A stretch of DNA of 64,000 nt from Tubiluchus corallicola (taxonomy: Eukaryota > Animalia > Priapulida), in contig JAQGDQ010000012.1 in the NCBI GenBank assembly GCA_030141605.1, positions 558,001 through 622,000 of the forward strand, written 5' to 3'. The notes below the pieces were generated by a model, which was given only the letters and a program-made list of their open reading frames with translations, did not search any database and was not told where the DNA came from. Both the position numbers and the translations under genes were made by a program. Below, piece after piece: positions 25,873 through 40,026 of this stretch; within the stretch, counting starts at the first letter, position 1; every line of letters begins with the position of its first letter.

Positions 25873-28286
25873 CTGCAAAACAAAAAGTGCCAAAATTAAT
25901 GAGTTTAAAATTAGGCTGAAAATATCACTCTTGGAAAGGAACCTTCTGCAGACAATCCATTAATTTTCCTAATACATTGGTCAAGATTCATTTCAGGCTT
26001 CTCAGTAAAAGATTATGTGCAACTTTAAAGTCAAATTAAGTTCAAATAAAAAACCATTAAATTATGTAAGTGACTTGGCTAAAGAGGAAAAGCAACGTTG
26101 GTGGGCCAAACGAGAACCCCCACAGTTCTGACAGTAAACAAGCATTTGGTAACAAAAAACTACGCCTAACTTACACTAGTAGAAAAACAACATAGGAAAA
26201 ATAAACAATCTCGCCACATAATTGTTTTGTTTCACTAACGTGACATCAAGGTATCCTATGCCACGCACTTCACTGGCCTTCAAGCTATCGATTTCAAAAC
26301 GTATCAACAGAAGGCCTATAGAAGAAGTAATATATAAACATATCGCTTGCAAGCTTGAATTTTAATGTGTCCAGTTCGAGCGTACTGCTAGATAATAGAG
26401 CGATCTTTACCAAATGGATGTATACAAATATTTAGCGGAATGTTTTGGCAAAAGTTGATTATGAGATTGGCCAGTGCTGACGGCTAGTCCAAACATCACT
26501 AGACTTTCTATAAACTTCAATTGGACACCATCCAGCTGCTTGTAATAATTATACAAAAGCAACCGGCAAGATAGCCAGTAAATTAAAAGATAATGTGATC
26601 ATACCTATAATATAAAAATGTATGAAGGAGCTCACAATAGCTTTTACTACTTTTTAAATTTAAATCATCATCCCAGACTGAAGTAGTTTCAGATTTAGTA
26701 CGGGGTCAATTGGGTCCCAGCATATTTGCGCAATGTTATACAGTTTGTTGACTGAAACACTCAACCATCTGTCAATTCAGGATGTAGAGCGACCTGCATA
26801 ATTGCTAACCCACAGTGAAGCTGACCAGTGGCCATTAGAGCTTATTTATCATCTCAGTGGGCGCTGGTCAAGCAAAGTGGTTGTCATTACAGTTGGAAGG
26901 TTGTAGAACGGCTTGCTTGTATAACACTTATACACAATCGAGTCTAATGAAGTACACCAATGACCGAACTATAAATTTTCTATTTTTAATTTGAAAAACA
27001 AATCTTTTGATTTATATGCGGCATTTATAAGCTTTTCGAGCACTAGCAAGAACAATAGTAACGATGGCTTTTGGTTCATGCTTTCAAAACCACAATGGAC
27101 CATATTACTTAAGAGTCCCATACTAACAATAAACACGTCTCTCTGACCACTGACCTACTGTTTACAAATAATAAGTGTTGACCGTATACGGGCTGACGAC
27201 CTCCAGCAAGACCGACCGAATCTTCAATGGAGCTACGCATCTATCCATCAGACAAAAATGACTATCTTAAAGATTAATCACTTGCACTACTCAATGTATA
27301 AACAATTTACCCTTAAAGAACTAAATGCATAAAATAAAAAGTCGAACTTGTGAGTGTAATCACGTATTCATGCATAACTACCGAGTACTGAAGTTCGTCA
27401 TTGCGTAACTAGAACTAATTTGCTGTTGCACGACCAAAAACATTCTCAAAACCATCTGGCTTACGCATGGTGTCCATCAAGGCACTTTTTGTACAGTTTA
27501 TGAACTTCAAGTCTCTTTTAATTGGCGTTGTGTACAGCAATGTATGCGAAATGCTGCTTTAGCTAAATAGTATACATTGGCCATTTACATTCATAAAAAC
27601 ACAAATGATTATGACATAAATGAAAGAAATAATAATAATATAAGCATACGAAAGAAATACTAAATTACAAAGTCTTAAATTTTTGCACCTCCATTGAGCC
27701 TGTGTAAACAGTAATTATGTATAAACATAATTTATACTTATTACATAAAATTAAAGAAACCTCACAAATGACGTGAAATGATGATGTGCTAGCTGTAGGC
27801 GCAGTGAGCTAAGGAAAGAAAAACACACAAAAAAACAATTTGATTCATTTTATAGTTTAGCTAACATAAGTACAACACAACGAACTTATAGACGATATAA
27901 AGCACTCGGTGCAGCTATGTTTGAAGAGAATATTATAAAACAAGTATAACTTCATCAACTAGGTGTATTAAACACACACCATAGTATCTAGTCACGACTC
28001 GCAGTCTCCGAACCCAGAAAGCACAGCCCGGAAGCTTTTAAACAAGCAAATCAAATGAGTAAATAAAACACAAAATAAACCGATTGAATCATTAATGGAC
28101 AATTAAATTGAGTATATCATTCGTTAGGTATGAAATATGTGAAATATATATGAAGTATGAACAATTCTTACTTTTTTGCATGTTTTTTGCATGTGACTAG
28201 ATATACTCGTGAAACACAGTAACTCTTACGGCTATGCATAAGCCATTACTTTATAAACATTTAATTAGGGTTCCAGAAGAGCTCAC

Positions 28287-28370
28287 TGTGTTATCGATAT
28301 TATCGATAACACATAAACTGGATGGAAATCAATTTCATTGTCGTATATCGATAACAATATGAAATCGATT
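28287..28370. repeat. 27-bp palindrome and cluster of TATCGATA motifs
   Basis: TGTGTTATCGATA-T-TATCGATAACACA at 28287-28313; further TATCGATA at 28346 and AATCGATT near 28363. Confidence 0.8.
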
Positions 28371-31300
28371 CTAGTATATTGTACAGTATATATTCTAGTA
28401 TCTCTCTCTCTCTCTCTCTCACTCTCGTATATCTATTCGTATATTATATATGTTTCATGCACGGTGTATTAGCCTGCCCAGTTTATAAGGGTGAATAAAT
28501 TCGAATCGTCTGAACACAAAACGGAACTATTTACACTTAGTGACTCGAGCTGCCATTGCGAATGAGAAAATATTGTGCGATTGTTGTGTGAATGGTCTGT
28601 TTGCTCGAAGAATTGAGGTTCCTTTCGGGCTAGAGTTGAAACGTGTACGAACAAGACTACAAAAACTTAAAACGCAGAGGATCGGCCCTTTATTGTACTT
28701 GTGCAGTCAGTAAACATGGATGGTGTTTATACAAGTGAGGGGGAGAAAGATAGATAGGATCAAAGACGACGTTAGGATTCACAAACGACACCAAACTGTC
28801 AGGGGAAGGAGAGAAGAGTCCGTGAATGTCAAGTTCAACCCGCTTTACACTGCACAAGCTCCCATAGTTACCGATGTAAATCATTTGGCCAATTTTGTTG
28901 TTTGTTGTTTTACAATAGGCTGTTGTCCTCTCCGCACACAATTGCGTAAGTGGTTTACAGTCTGCACAGGGAGTTACTGCTGGCTATACTTTGCGAAAAC
29001 TCATCTTCCTGAAGCTGTTAACAGTGGTAAGTGAAAAAACAGCATCATTAAGAGAACTTAAAGTTTGGCTGACGTACTAGCTAGATGTAGTATACCATGG
29101 CTCTATCAGAAATACAAATAAAACCCATTGAGGATAAATAGGTTATGTACGTGGGGCCCCAAGAATGAAGACAAGAAGTAGAAGGATTATTTGCAGACAG
29201 ATCCATGGTATTGCCTCTTACTCTGAGCACAATTTTTAAACACAGAGAGACGAAAAAAAGAATTTTGGTTTTGAGAAGTCCAAATATATCCAAAAATTAA
29301 TATTTTAGGAACCTTTGCTAACTTATTAACTGTACACTGCTGAGTTGACGCTAGCAGCACGTTCTACAAGCTCAAACATGGCCATAAGTCATTTGGTAAA
29401 AAACATGCACATAAACTGCACTTGACGGTCTCATCCCCTGAATATTAGAAATGAAACTGCCAAAGTAAAGTACGAGAACCTAACCTTTAAAATACCACAC
29501 CTACTTGAGTTTCCTAAAGCAGTGCAAATAAACCCTCGTCACTGACTGATCCGCACATAAAAGACGAGAACAACAGAAAGAGAGAAATGTAATTGGCGAA
29601 GAGAGAGTGCGCAAACACCTCCAATGACAAGCGATTTGCCAGCAAATGTACATAAATGAAGCAGAAAGTCAAACAAACGAATAACGAAAGACATGTAGAC
29701 TACATGAATACGTCAACTATGCGGTAGGTATGATGGCAAACCAAGCCAGGAAAAGCTTTGGAAGCTACATTAAACATCTCGCACTATCCCTAATAACTTT
29801 CGACTTATGATAAATGAATGGCTTCTAAGGTAAAGGTGGCAAAGGGCGCAACAAAATGAAGAGCTGCAAACACTTGCTGCGCAACTTCTTACGCGCAGAT
29901 TTTGTTACTGTCTATTTTGCGAACAAAAACTGACTAAAAAGTAGTGGATAAAGCATCCACTTAAACTACAACTTTGGATATTTATTAAAAGAGGATTTGA
30001 AGGATAATCTAAGTAACCATGGTTATTATGATATTGTATCGATCACTTGTTGCGCAGGCAAAGTTAGTTACACAGAGCAATATGGTTAGTATGCAACAAC
30101 TCGATTTTGGATATTTTTGCAAAGACTAATTAGTCACCATGCTTTGGTGCTTAACTAAACCCTTTACATGGCGCCCCAATAGCCAATAAGTTAGCTGGTT
30201 AGCTGGCTATATAATCCAACAATGACAGACCACTCTTCCCAATCTGACTACAACACCCTTACAAGTAACGAACATAAAAAGTGCCAGTTGAAAGAACCGT
30301 ATTAATGTGTCGACATCATCTTAGTTAGCCAAGGAAAAGCACTACTCCTTATGATACGATGCCAACTGCAGCACCCACCAACCAAATGAATGAAACATCA
30401 AACAGACAAAAAACTGATGTCACTAGAATCTCTTCGTTAAGACAAGCGGTCATCAATAGTTACCATGATCATCTTCAGCAGATTGTTTTATATGTAATAT
30501 TTTCGACATTGCACTTGCTCTGTTTGTTACTATGTTCTAATAGGCTTTTGAGGAATATACTGCCACTGTTGGGTTATGGCAAAAGAGCAGCATGGCCATC
30601 TTGGATTTTGGGGCGCCATGTGAAGGACCAGTTAAGCTCCGAAGGCCGATGAAGCATGGTAACAGCTGGTGACTGAAGACAGAGATTCTTCTGTATAAGT
30701 TTCTGTCTGTGATATCTTGCAATATTTTAGGACTTGCTGTTTTCCCTGGGATTTTTTGATTTGTTTGTACTTAGGTAGAGTTGATTTGCTTGAGGTAGTG
30801 ACTAGTGAAACACTTTTGATGGAACTGTCCAATAAAATCTAAATGACTTTTGGGGACACTATAGTTGCATAGGAGCAAAATACAAGAAGACGTAAACTTC
30901 AATTTCGAACAAGTTAATAATCGGCATAGAATCGCCGCAAAACGAGTTCAAGCAAGCCAAGTAAACCGCGTAGCGTGAGCTGAAGCAAGCTAGGTAAATG
31001 TCGTAGAACGAGTTTATGCAAGCTAGGCACAACACAACATCTTAGTGGTTCTAATGAAGAAAATGAAACCTCTGATGGGTAGGGGTAGTTTAACTATCCT
31101 AGCAGTTAAGCTCAGAGCGTCACCACTGCGGCTGCAAATAATGTACGATTTTCAGTGAGTTGGAATAAAACAGAGCTATATATCAATGATAATTTGATCA
31201 ATGGGATAAAGTGTTAAACTGTTGCGAGTACGTAGCAAATGGTGGAGCAAAACTATAAAACACAAGTGTTCAATCGCTTAGTCCTAAAAAGGTTCAGTCC

Positions 31301-34300
31301 AACTTCAATTAAGTCAGCTGATATTCCGTAGGAAGCACCAAGCCAACAAGGAAGGTGCAAAGCAGTATTACGACTTGCTGAAGTTGGTTGGTTCCTTATG
31401 TATAATAGTCACTTACAAGACAAACATAAAACCAATGAATCGAAAGAGCAAACAGAGCAATATTCTTGAAACAGCAAATAGCCATAGTCTTTAGTCAAAC
31501 ACAATCAGATCTAAATTAAATTCGTTGCATGCAATGCCCTCTGCCAATCACACACTTGAACTCATGCCCAATTGTGTGCAAAAATCTGAACATACGCTAC
31601 GCATCCACAACTAAATGCAAAACGTTATAAAAACATTCGAGTCATACAAATAAATTACCATTCGTCCTTCCATATTATACAAGCAAGATTTGACAGAAAT
31701 TGCAGTTTTGTCATAGAAATTAAATTGTAAAGGTTTCTCCTCTATTTGACAGATAGAGGTCAGTGTCCCTAGAGCGTCGCTCACGCTGTCTAATACACTC
31801 AGCCTCTGCAATTATGTTGCCTCCATTTGAAATGAACTTGCACTAATTAAATACCGCAGCAATTAAATTTTGCACGCACTAATAAACAGTGTTTGTTCAG
31901 TGAATAATTAAATTGATAAAGCTAGATAATTAAAACGCAGGGTGCATGGGAGTGCAGTAGCTGCATAAACCTATGGAAAGGCAAACGAGGGAAGTTTTAA
32001 AAAATCATCACCATTTTAACACAAATTGTTGTTACAATTTACAATATTGTTTTAAATTTCTCCTCCAAACAGCATTTTATATAAATTATTTGATCAGTCA
32101 GAGAAAGAACGCCATTAGCGGGCATCTATCATTCACCACGTTCAAGAACTATAAGAATGGCTTCATCGAACAATGACCCAAAAGTGTCAACACTGAGACA
32201 GGCGGAAACTTTGAAGAGCGATTTGTGAAATGTGTGAAAATTTCATAACGCCAACTCTGGTGCCAATTAAAAACGCCGGAACTTATTTATTTACGCACCG
32301 CTGAATTTTTGCACCAAAACGCGTATTTTCTCTGAAAACACATAAATGGAAAATAGAAAAATTGCTTCATTATTTGTTTATGAAAGAATTTACGTCCGCG
32401 CTGGATATCTCATCAATTACAGCTTCCTTTTACAGCTCAAACCGAGAAAATCTGCTCAACTTGGTTTACACTCAAGACGGCTCAAAGATTGTTATTTTTA
32501 TAAGCCCACGTCGTGCGGTTATATATCTGTTTTCAGATTTTAACTTATTTACCTCGCGTTGTTAATAAATCAGGTGGCTTTCTGTCTAATGCTTTTTTAT
32601 GCCATCAAAGTGGTGCAGGCTGGCAAAGGACTGGGGATTCCTCGAATAAGAAGACGCCGACAAGGCCAAACAGTCATGATTAGACGGGGTGTAAAAATTT
32701 TAACGACGTGTCGAAAGCGATTAGAAACTTGTCGGTAAAGGATTAATGTAGCGCGATGACGCTGTAGTGTCGGAAAAGATAATAAAACTCGTATTCTGTT
32801 CGAAAAACGTTTAATAAACGTAGCTCATGATAAAGAAATTAATACATTTGCACCGTTTTGCATGCTTACATTCATGGCCATAATGTCATGAAGATCATAA
32901 ATCGAAGATTCATCTAATATTTTAAGTTTATTAAGTATAATTATAATAATAAAATAGCGCGCAATTATGCCAGTTGGGTAATTCTCAGATGTTTTTTGTG
33001 GTTTTGCTGTATTTTTTATCCGGAAAGCACCATTAACATTCTATATTTTGTAATTTAGGCAAAGATATACGGGGTTTTCTTATTGCTGCTGATGTTGCTC
33101 GCAATCGTATCAAATACTTTGTGATTTTCCGTCCCAACTTCTCCGAGTTTTGCCTCTATTTTGTCAAACTAATTAGGAGACTGTTAAATAACAACGCAAA
33201 CGTGTTGCTGTACTTGTACAAAAACTCTATGACTTATCAATAAAATGACTAGCACCGTAAGATGCAGTTTCTCAAAGTGGCAAGCATCAGCGGTGTAATT
33301 TTTCAAAAAACCATGGACGAATTTGATTGGCCGCTCAGTGATCCAACATACGAAAGCTCGAACGATTTCTGCCTGGAACTTTTGGTGGGAAACAGCAACG
33401 AACTCGGCTAGATAAATAAACGTAGCTAGTTACGCCGGTCATGTTTAGCGTTAAAATACCTCAAATTAATCTCCTAGTTCTAGCCAGTTTGTTTCAAACA
33501 TTTATTTCTCGTCCCTGCGGGCGTGCAGTAACGTAATGTTTTCTTAATGCATGCGTTTATTCTAACAAATACGCTAGATAATAAATAAATTAAATTATTG
33601 AATTTAACAAATTGAAACGCTACCAGAGTTGATAAATGGACAGGTAGATAGCTGGATGACGATTTACAGTTCTTAGGGTAAATCGGTAGCTTACATTTAC
33701 AACGTCACAAAGTTTAGAAAACACGCTGCAGTTTCAAGATAGAAATGTCTATCGTTCAATCAACTACGTACCTGGTTGAAAAATTGCCTTTACAAGTTCA
33801 AGAGACATGCATTGTGTATCTTGCTTCTTGCAGCACGTTTCTTAAATTCGCTGCCGTGTGGCAATACTGCAATGTAGCGCTAACACAAAAATGTCTAATA
33901 CAGTTACCCATCAGGCATTAAATTTGTTTTGGCAGAGCACATCAGGGCTAAATGTATGAAAGTACGTGATAAAAGTAATGAGTGAAGTGTATATCAGGGG
34001 TTATCCGTTTTACTAACACTTTCATTGTATACTAAGTGCCCTACAAGCATTTTTTCTAGACACGAGATAACAAAGAAAATAGGATGCCCTTCAAACTCGT
34101 GTAAAATTGCTGTGTATAGGCACCTACAAAAATGTTGTACCTCCACATCAAAGGCGGTGCGTTTCGTCTAAATTTTAAAGATTACAAATCATCTTTAGCC
34201 GACCTTCGCTTTTTACGATCTTACAAGCTAAGTTGCTGAGTCTTTCTAGGTTTTACACAATTTAAATAGATTCAGCCGGATAACTAACACATTCAGAGAC

Positions 34301-36579
34301 CTCCAGACAGACAATAATTATGATGAGAATCTAATGTAAGCACATAAATAGCAAAACTGACAAAAGTGAGTCATGTTCTATATACAAAATTCACATCACG
34401 TACTTCATATCAACATTTCGTTCTGATATTGCGCAGCATATACACAGTACAGATAAATGAAATAAATGAAGTCCTTTTGACGAATGCTGTTGGTTCCGGA
34501 TTTGTTTGTCATCACATTCAAGGGAATACACCATACGAAGATAGCCAATTGGCAAAATAATTGACAACGCAGCACCTAAACCATGAGCGGTATAATCCAA
34601 CAACTGTTACCATTTTTGTAAGAGATTCCAAAAATTAAAATTCTAATATAAGAATTGAACACTAAAATGAAAAATTGAACACGACATGCAGCCAGAAAGT
34701 ATGCGCCCATTAAAACTCTCACAAACCAAAAATATGTTAAACCCTTAAATTTACGAGAGGATTAAAACTAAAACCAAGGTTATCAGTTTTCAGGTATCAC
34801 GTAAGCCATAATTTATTGCAGTATAATCAAGGTTGTGAAAACAAGTAAAGCAAAAAAAGCAAAGTAAAAGGCAAAATAAACACAGAAAAACAAAACAACG
34901 ACTTTTTTGGCTAAATGTTGTAAGTTATTCATCATCTACATATTTTATGGATGAATGGACCAAGTGCAAAGCGACCATTTATCAACGAAATGCAAACACA
35001 TACGTATTATAGCAAAATGTGACTATCCCGCATCATTTTATTTAGCAGACTCATCTGTGTCTCAGACTTTGACCCAGATCAACCCAGGATGAAAAGTGAC
35101 ACCATTTATGAAAACCCCAATGTGAATATTTCATTGAACACTCACTGCAAAGCACACACTTTGCGTCTAAACTATTTTGAAATTGACTCTTGGCCTCTAG
35201 CAAGGCAATTTTGGATTTTGGCACCTATTGACCCTCAATTTAATCCTGCCGAGGACATATCTGACTTACCTGTCAGCTATCACCTACCTTGCACAACGTT
35301 CTGATCAAAAAATGACTTACAGTCTTACACCTCGTTAAGTGTTGTTTATACATCGACTGAACATAAAGCCCGAACACCCAGACAGATCGAACCGATCTTT
35401 GAACTCTAGCAGAAACATAAATGCACAGGCTAAAAAAAGATTAAAAATACAGAAAAATAAAAACAGGATAAAAAATCTAATCACTCCAAGGAGAGAAAAA
35501 CGAGCGAGATTCAGCATTAAATTTCTGTGCTAGACACTGTTGACAACCTATACTACTCTAGTTGCCCCTGGATAATGACAGCCGGTGGGCGAATAATCAG
35601 CTTGCGATCTGCATTTGCAAAACACGTCAGTACATGCTTAACACATGTCAGTAGTGTAACCAAGAAGTTTTGAAGGTCCAAACGGACAGGGTACAATCCC
35701 TTAAACACACACAATGATGGAGTTGAATTTAATTAACTATACGCCAGCGCCCCCTCGAGCCCAGGTGTAACATTTCACGCTCAATCTCTACCAAACGTGC
35801 TGTTTCATCGGAAAGAGTACTGACTATGCATGGCAAATACGGCGAATGAGCCATATTATGGGTAGCGTCCATGATTTCGCACATCTTTTTTAAGCTTATT
35901 CTAAAAAACACAGCATTCTAAAGGTGCAAATAATAAAATTCTTAGCGAATCCAAAGTTTTACAAAGCAGCATTTTCGATCAAGAGTCGAGACCGAATTAA
36001 ATAGAGTTTTACTAGAAGATCCGCCCAAAATTTACCAGTTAATAATAGTTTTCGCACACCTGTGCTGGTTTACTTCCAGGTAACCAACCGCGCGTTGAAT
36101 AGAGTTTAGTTAAACGTAAACAAACTAAACTCGGATTTGAACGGAGCAAAATAAACTTGCTTCAGTTTGCTACAATAAATTTTGACTGGCCAAAGCTTGT
36201 GCGTACTATTTGAAGAGCACTTACCTGTACTGCAAAGTGCTTTATCCGGTACAAGCCAGTCATAAAACTCATTAAAACGTGTCTAGCAGTAGTATCTTAA
36301 ATGATTAGTGGATAAGTTTTAATTAACAACAAAAATGAACTACCCGTTATTAAGTATTAAAAATTGGTGTTAAAATTTTAAATGACCAGTGACTAAATAT
36401 TAATTAGCAATAAAAATAAACTACCTGTTATGCCAAAATAAAAAGAGGCAAGGCACAAACTGCTTATTGTGAAAGACAAATAATGTTACAGCAAAAGTAT
36501 AAGTTGGCCTTGGAGATTAATACACCCGCCCAGTGAAAAAACAGTAATAAAGACCTACGTATTGTCACAGTACTAATAA

Positions 36580-36900
36580 ACAGAGAGACTCCGCTTGTCT
36601 AAGACTAGTATGAGGTAATAGGCAAGAATGAGGGGACCTCATTGAAGTTTGGAAATTTTTGCATAGTGGCCACTATACTTCTATCCCGTCTTTGTTGTTG
36701 AAGTCCAATGGAGCCGAACTTGATCATCGAACGTTCACACGGGGTTTTAAGTTAACCAAAAGCAAATCCACTAAAGCACAGAGAGTTCGGTTTTTTAGAA
36801 ATCACGCGGTAAACCTTTGGAACACATTTCAGCGCAAGCGGCTGTTGGCAGAGAGAATAAATAATTTCAAAAATCGACTTGATTATCACTGGGCTGCCTA
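36580..36900 (+). mobile_element. Decayed 3' fragment of a CR1-group LINE ORF2
   Basis: Translates *GDLIEVWKFL...TRGFKL...FFRNHAVNLWN...INNFKNRLDYHW, matching the RGDLIE/TRGH/FFSNRVVNxWN/FKNRLD C-terminal motifs of CR1-type reverse transcriptases; in-frame stop at 36629. Confidence 0.8.
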
Positions 36901-39112
36901 CTATTTGCCGTCTTTACTTACTATGACATCCATGATTAGGTTTGCTGTCACAATTCCTGCCAACATGCTTTCTTTAAACACTGACTTGTTAATTATCGAT
37001 ACTAATTTTTTAGTCCGATAAAAACGATCAGCATAAAATCCAAAGGACTAACACTAAGGAGCTGGCAAACGGTAAATTCCAGCGCAGGCTTACCCCACAA
37101 GTACGCTGAAAACATATTAATACAACGAGCGATATTATATGCAACTTACAAGATTAAAAAGTATTAAACCAAGGTTGTAAAAAATTTAAAAACACATTTG
37201 CAAGAAACCTGTAATTAATTCGGTAATACAAGTGCATTTTAAGTGGTTTAAATACAAGCACAAGGCATCATTGTATTCAGTCTTCTGCATAACATTAAGC
37301 GACTTTTTGCAATTTTAAGCATGGCGCAAAATGGCGCAAACAGACGTGCTGTTACGAAGCTAAAATAAGTTTAATCTAGCCGAGCAAAGTGTACTTTTTG
37401 CATCTTGGAATTTTTCCTACTCTTCAGATTTTTTAAATAAGATATGTGCAAAGCCCTGGGGTGAGAGGGGTCAGGCGTGTTGTATGTCAGTATGTATAAC
37501 CCAGTTCATGTGTATATCATCAGCATTTAATGGCAACACCTCAAACGTCCCTATAATTTTCGTGGCAATAACTAGCACTCTAAAAAATAGCCTGCGGATA
37601 CATTCTGCTTAATCTGTTATGTAACAGTTGCCTACCAAGTACAACAAAGGCTCTTTGTACAAAACCAACAAAGAACAGCCGAAGTTCATCGTAATTTATA
37701 TGTCATAATTGCAAAAAATGCAAGAAAATAAGCAACTGGGCAATATAAAAACATTTTTTTCCTTTTTGAAAACTGTAGTGTGTAGCTGTCTAGCTGATAA
37801 GAATTCTTTAATTGTTACAAACCAGGTAACAATGACACAATTTGTGTTTGCAGCAGCGAAAACTCAAAATCTCCTTTCTTCCACAAGCCAAAGAATGTCT
37901 GCAAAAACGGGCACTTTATACACATTGTATGTAAACGGCAAAACAATGCCTCAAGACGTTATAACAATGGCGGATAAAGAGCTCAGAATTTATTAGACGT
38001 GGCCTTAATTCCAGAAAGAAAAAGTAAAACTGAATGCACAGCTGGCAGAGTAATGTTAAGCTGACAGTGTAATCAATATGTCAACACAGACAAATGCAAC
38101 AATAAGATGTATCGGGAGCTTTTTCTTCTAGAAGAAATGGGCTGAACAAAAAGTAGGCGAAAACCAAAAGGACTCTGGGTCAGTTTTACTCTTTTATGTA
38201 ACTATTCTTTAAAAGACATAGATATCTTTAGCTCTGAAAGGCAAAATCTAGAAAATCCCAAACAATGGCCATAGAAGAGGGATTATACCTACAATGTGTA
38301 CTGTACAAGCACATTTTGTCAAGCTTTGAATGAGCACCAAGAAATGGAGAATGGGGAACTAATAAAAAGTCGAATTACTAAAAAAAGTTTAAATGAAAAA
38401 TAGAATAAAATAGAATCACAAAAATTTGGAATTACTCTTAACATTCAAAATTATACAACTTGCAAACCAATACGCGAGAAATAAAATTGCACAATCATGA
38501 CTTTTAGTGCCATGTTAGAACACTTCCTTTTTTCGCAAACAAAAAAGGAGTAATTTAGAAACGGCTGATTTCTGCTTTCCCTGATTTGATACTAGCTTTT
38601 CCTTGGTTGCACTAAAATTCCATTGGTTTAAGAATGTTTGATAAAAACACAACTGTAGGCATTAACGTAAAGCTTTACTGCAGCTGATCTGTACGTTCTT
38701 TTTTAATTACCATTTCACTAAAATGAATTCTTTCTCTGTTTTCTTTGCCAATGATTGCTATAGCCTAATTTACAAAAACCTAAAGTTCAGGAAGAACACC
38801 AAGCATATGTAATGAAATTCTGCGTAGGGCGACAATTTTAGAAGCAGTTTGGTGCGTTCTTCATTTTTTGCGTTGAAGCAGTTTCTCAGACCGGCAAGAA
38901 CGTGTGTGATACTATACTACATGACAAAGAAAGTGATCCAGAATGAATGGTTGAACACCATACAGTACACAAAGTAATTAAACAGTGGTTGAAAGTTACA
39001 TTTAATCCATTGCTACTTATACTGAAAAGCCAACTTAAAAGCCTGCCTTTGTTTAATAGCTGTATGGGGAAAGTAAGGACTAAAAGCTAGATTTGCACAC
39101 TTAAAGTCTTAC

Positions 39113-39223
39113 CTGTAGCAGAGTCGATTTTAAAGAACTGGAAGTTATTCAGCAGCTTATAAGTTATGGCGCCTGATTCTCCTTCGTCCAAGTCGAATGC
39201 GCTCAATTGAACTACCTTAACCC
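39113..39223 (-). CDS. FAT1: Fat-like cadherin exon 5
   Basis: tgtag/gtaaga, phase 1-1; VKVVQLSAFDLDEGESGAITYKL...FKIDSATG. Confidence 0.92.
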
Positions 39224-39387
39224 CTACAAAGTCAGGAAAATTTGACATGTTAGTGTATTGCAGCAATATCGGCTGGTTAAACTGCAATACATTTGTTGAG
39301 CTAAAATTTTGCTGAGTCACAAGCCGTACTAAAAAAACTTCTGTGGACAAAATAGATTGTTATATTAGTATTGTATCAAAAGTTGAC

Positions 39388-39579
39388 ACAATTGAGAAGG
39401 CAATGACACAAAGCTGCAATGAAATGACAAAAGCACAAGTAATATTTTAAATTATCAATAATTCCCAAGATTCCAAAACTAAACAATTGAGAAGGCAATG
39501 ACACAAAGCTGCAATGAAATGACAAAAGCACAAGTAATATTTTAAATTATCAATAATTCCCAAGATTCCAAAACTAAAC
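39388..39579. repeat. Perfect 95-bp tandem duplication
   Basis: 39388-39482 is identical by eye to 39483-39577. Confidence 0.93.
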
Positions 39580-39828
39580 CACATCTGGTCACATGTTGGG
39601 TAAAGTTATTCCTCGATTCGCAATAATTATCAATCATACAGGCAGCTGAACTGATATTACTATACATACCTAGGTAAAATTGTTATGTCTATCATATTGT
39701 AAATGTGAACGCAGCTTCAAGCAGTTATGTTAGTGGACAAATATGAACATAACTTGATACCCATAACATTGAACGGGAAAGTACTTGTTCTTCTTGAAAA
39801 TTGAGCTAAACACGCACTTGATACCTAC

Positions 39829-40026
39829 CAGCTGGGCCGTTCTCGGGAATGCCAGCACGGTACACCGGTTCCGTGGTCTGCGGTGCATTATCATTTATAT
39901 CCAGAACTTTTATGTACACGTGTACAATTGAGTGAAGAGGAACCGCACTACGATCCTGGGCTACAACCGTCAACCAATAATGGGACACTGTTTCTCGGTC
40001 CAGAATATCAGCTGTTCGGATGACTC
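39829..40026 (-). CDS. FAT1: Fat-like cadherin exon 4
   Basis: tgcag/gtaggt, phase 1-1; [24 protein letters not shown]...[14 protein letters not shown]. Confidence 0.94.

Noticed and set aside
39388-39579. Repeat arrays as CRISPR
   Set aside because: Adjacent duplications without unique spacers, in a spliceosomal-intron context; no cas genes
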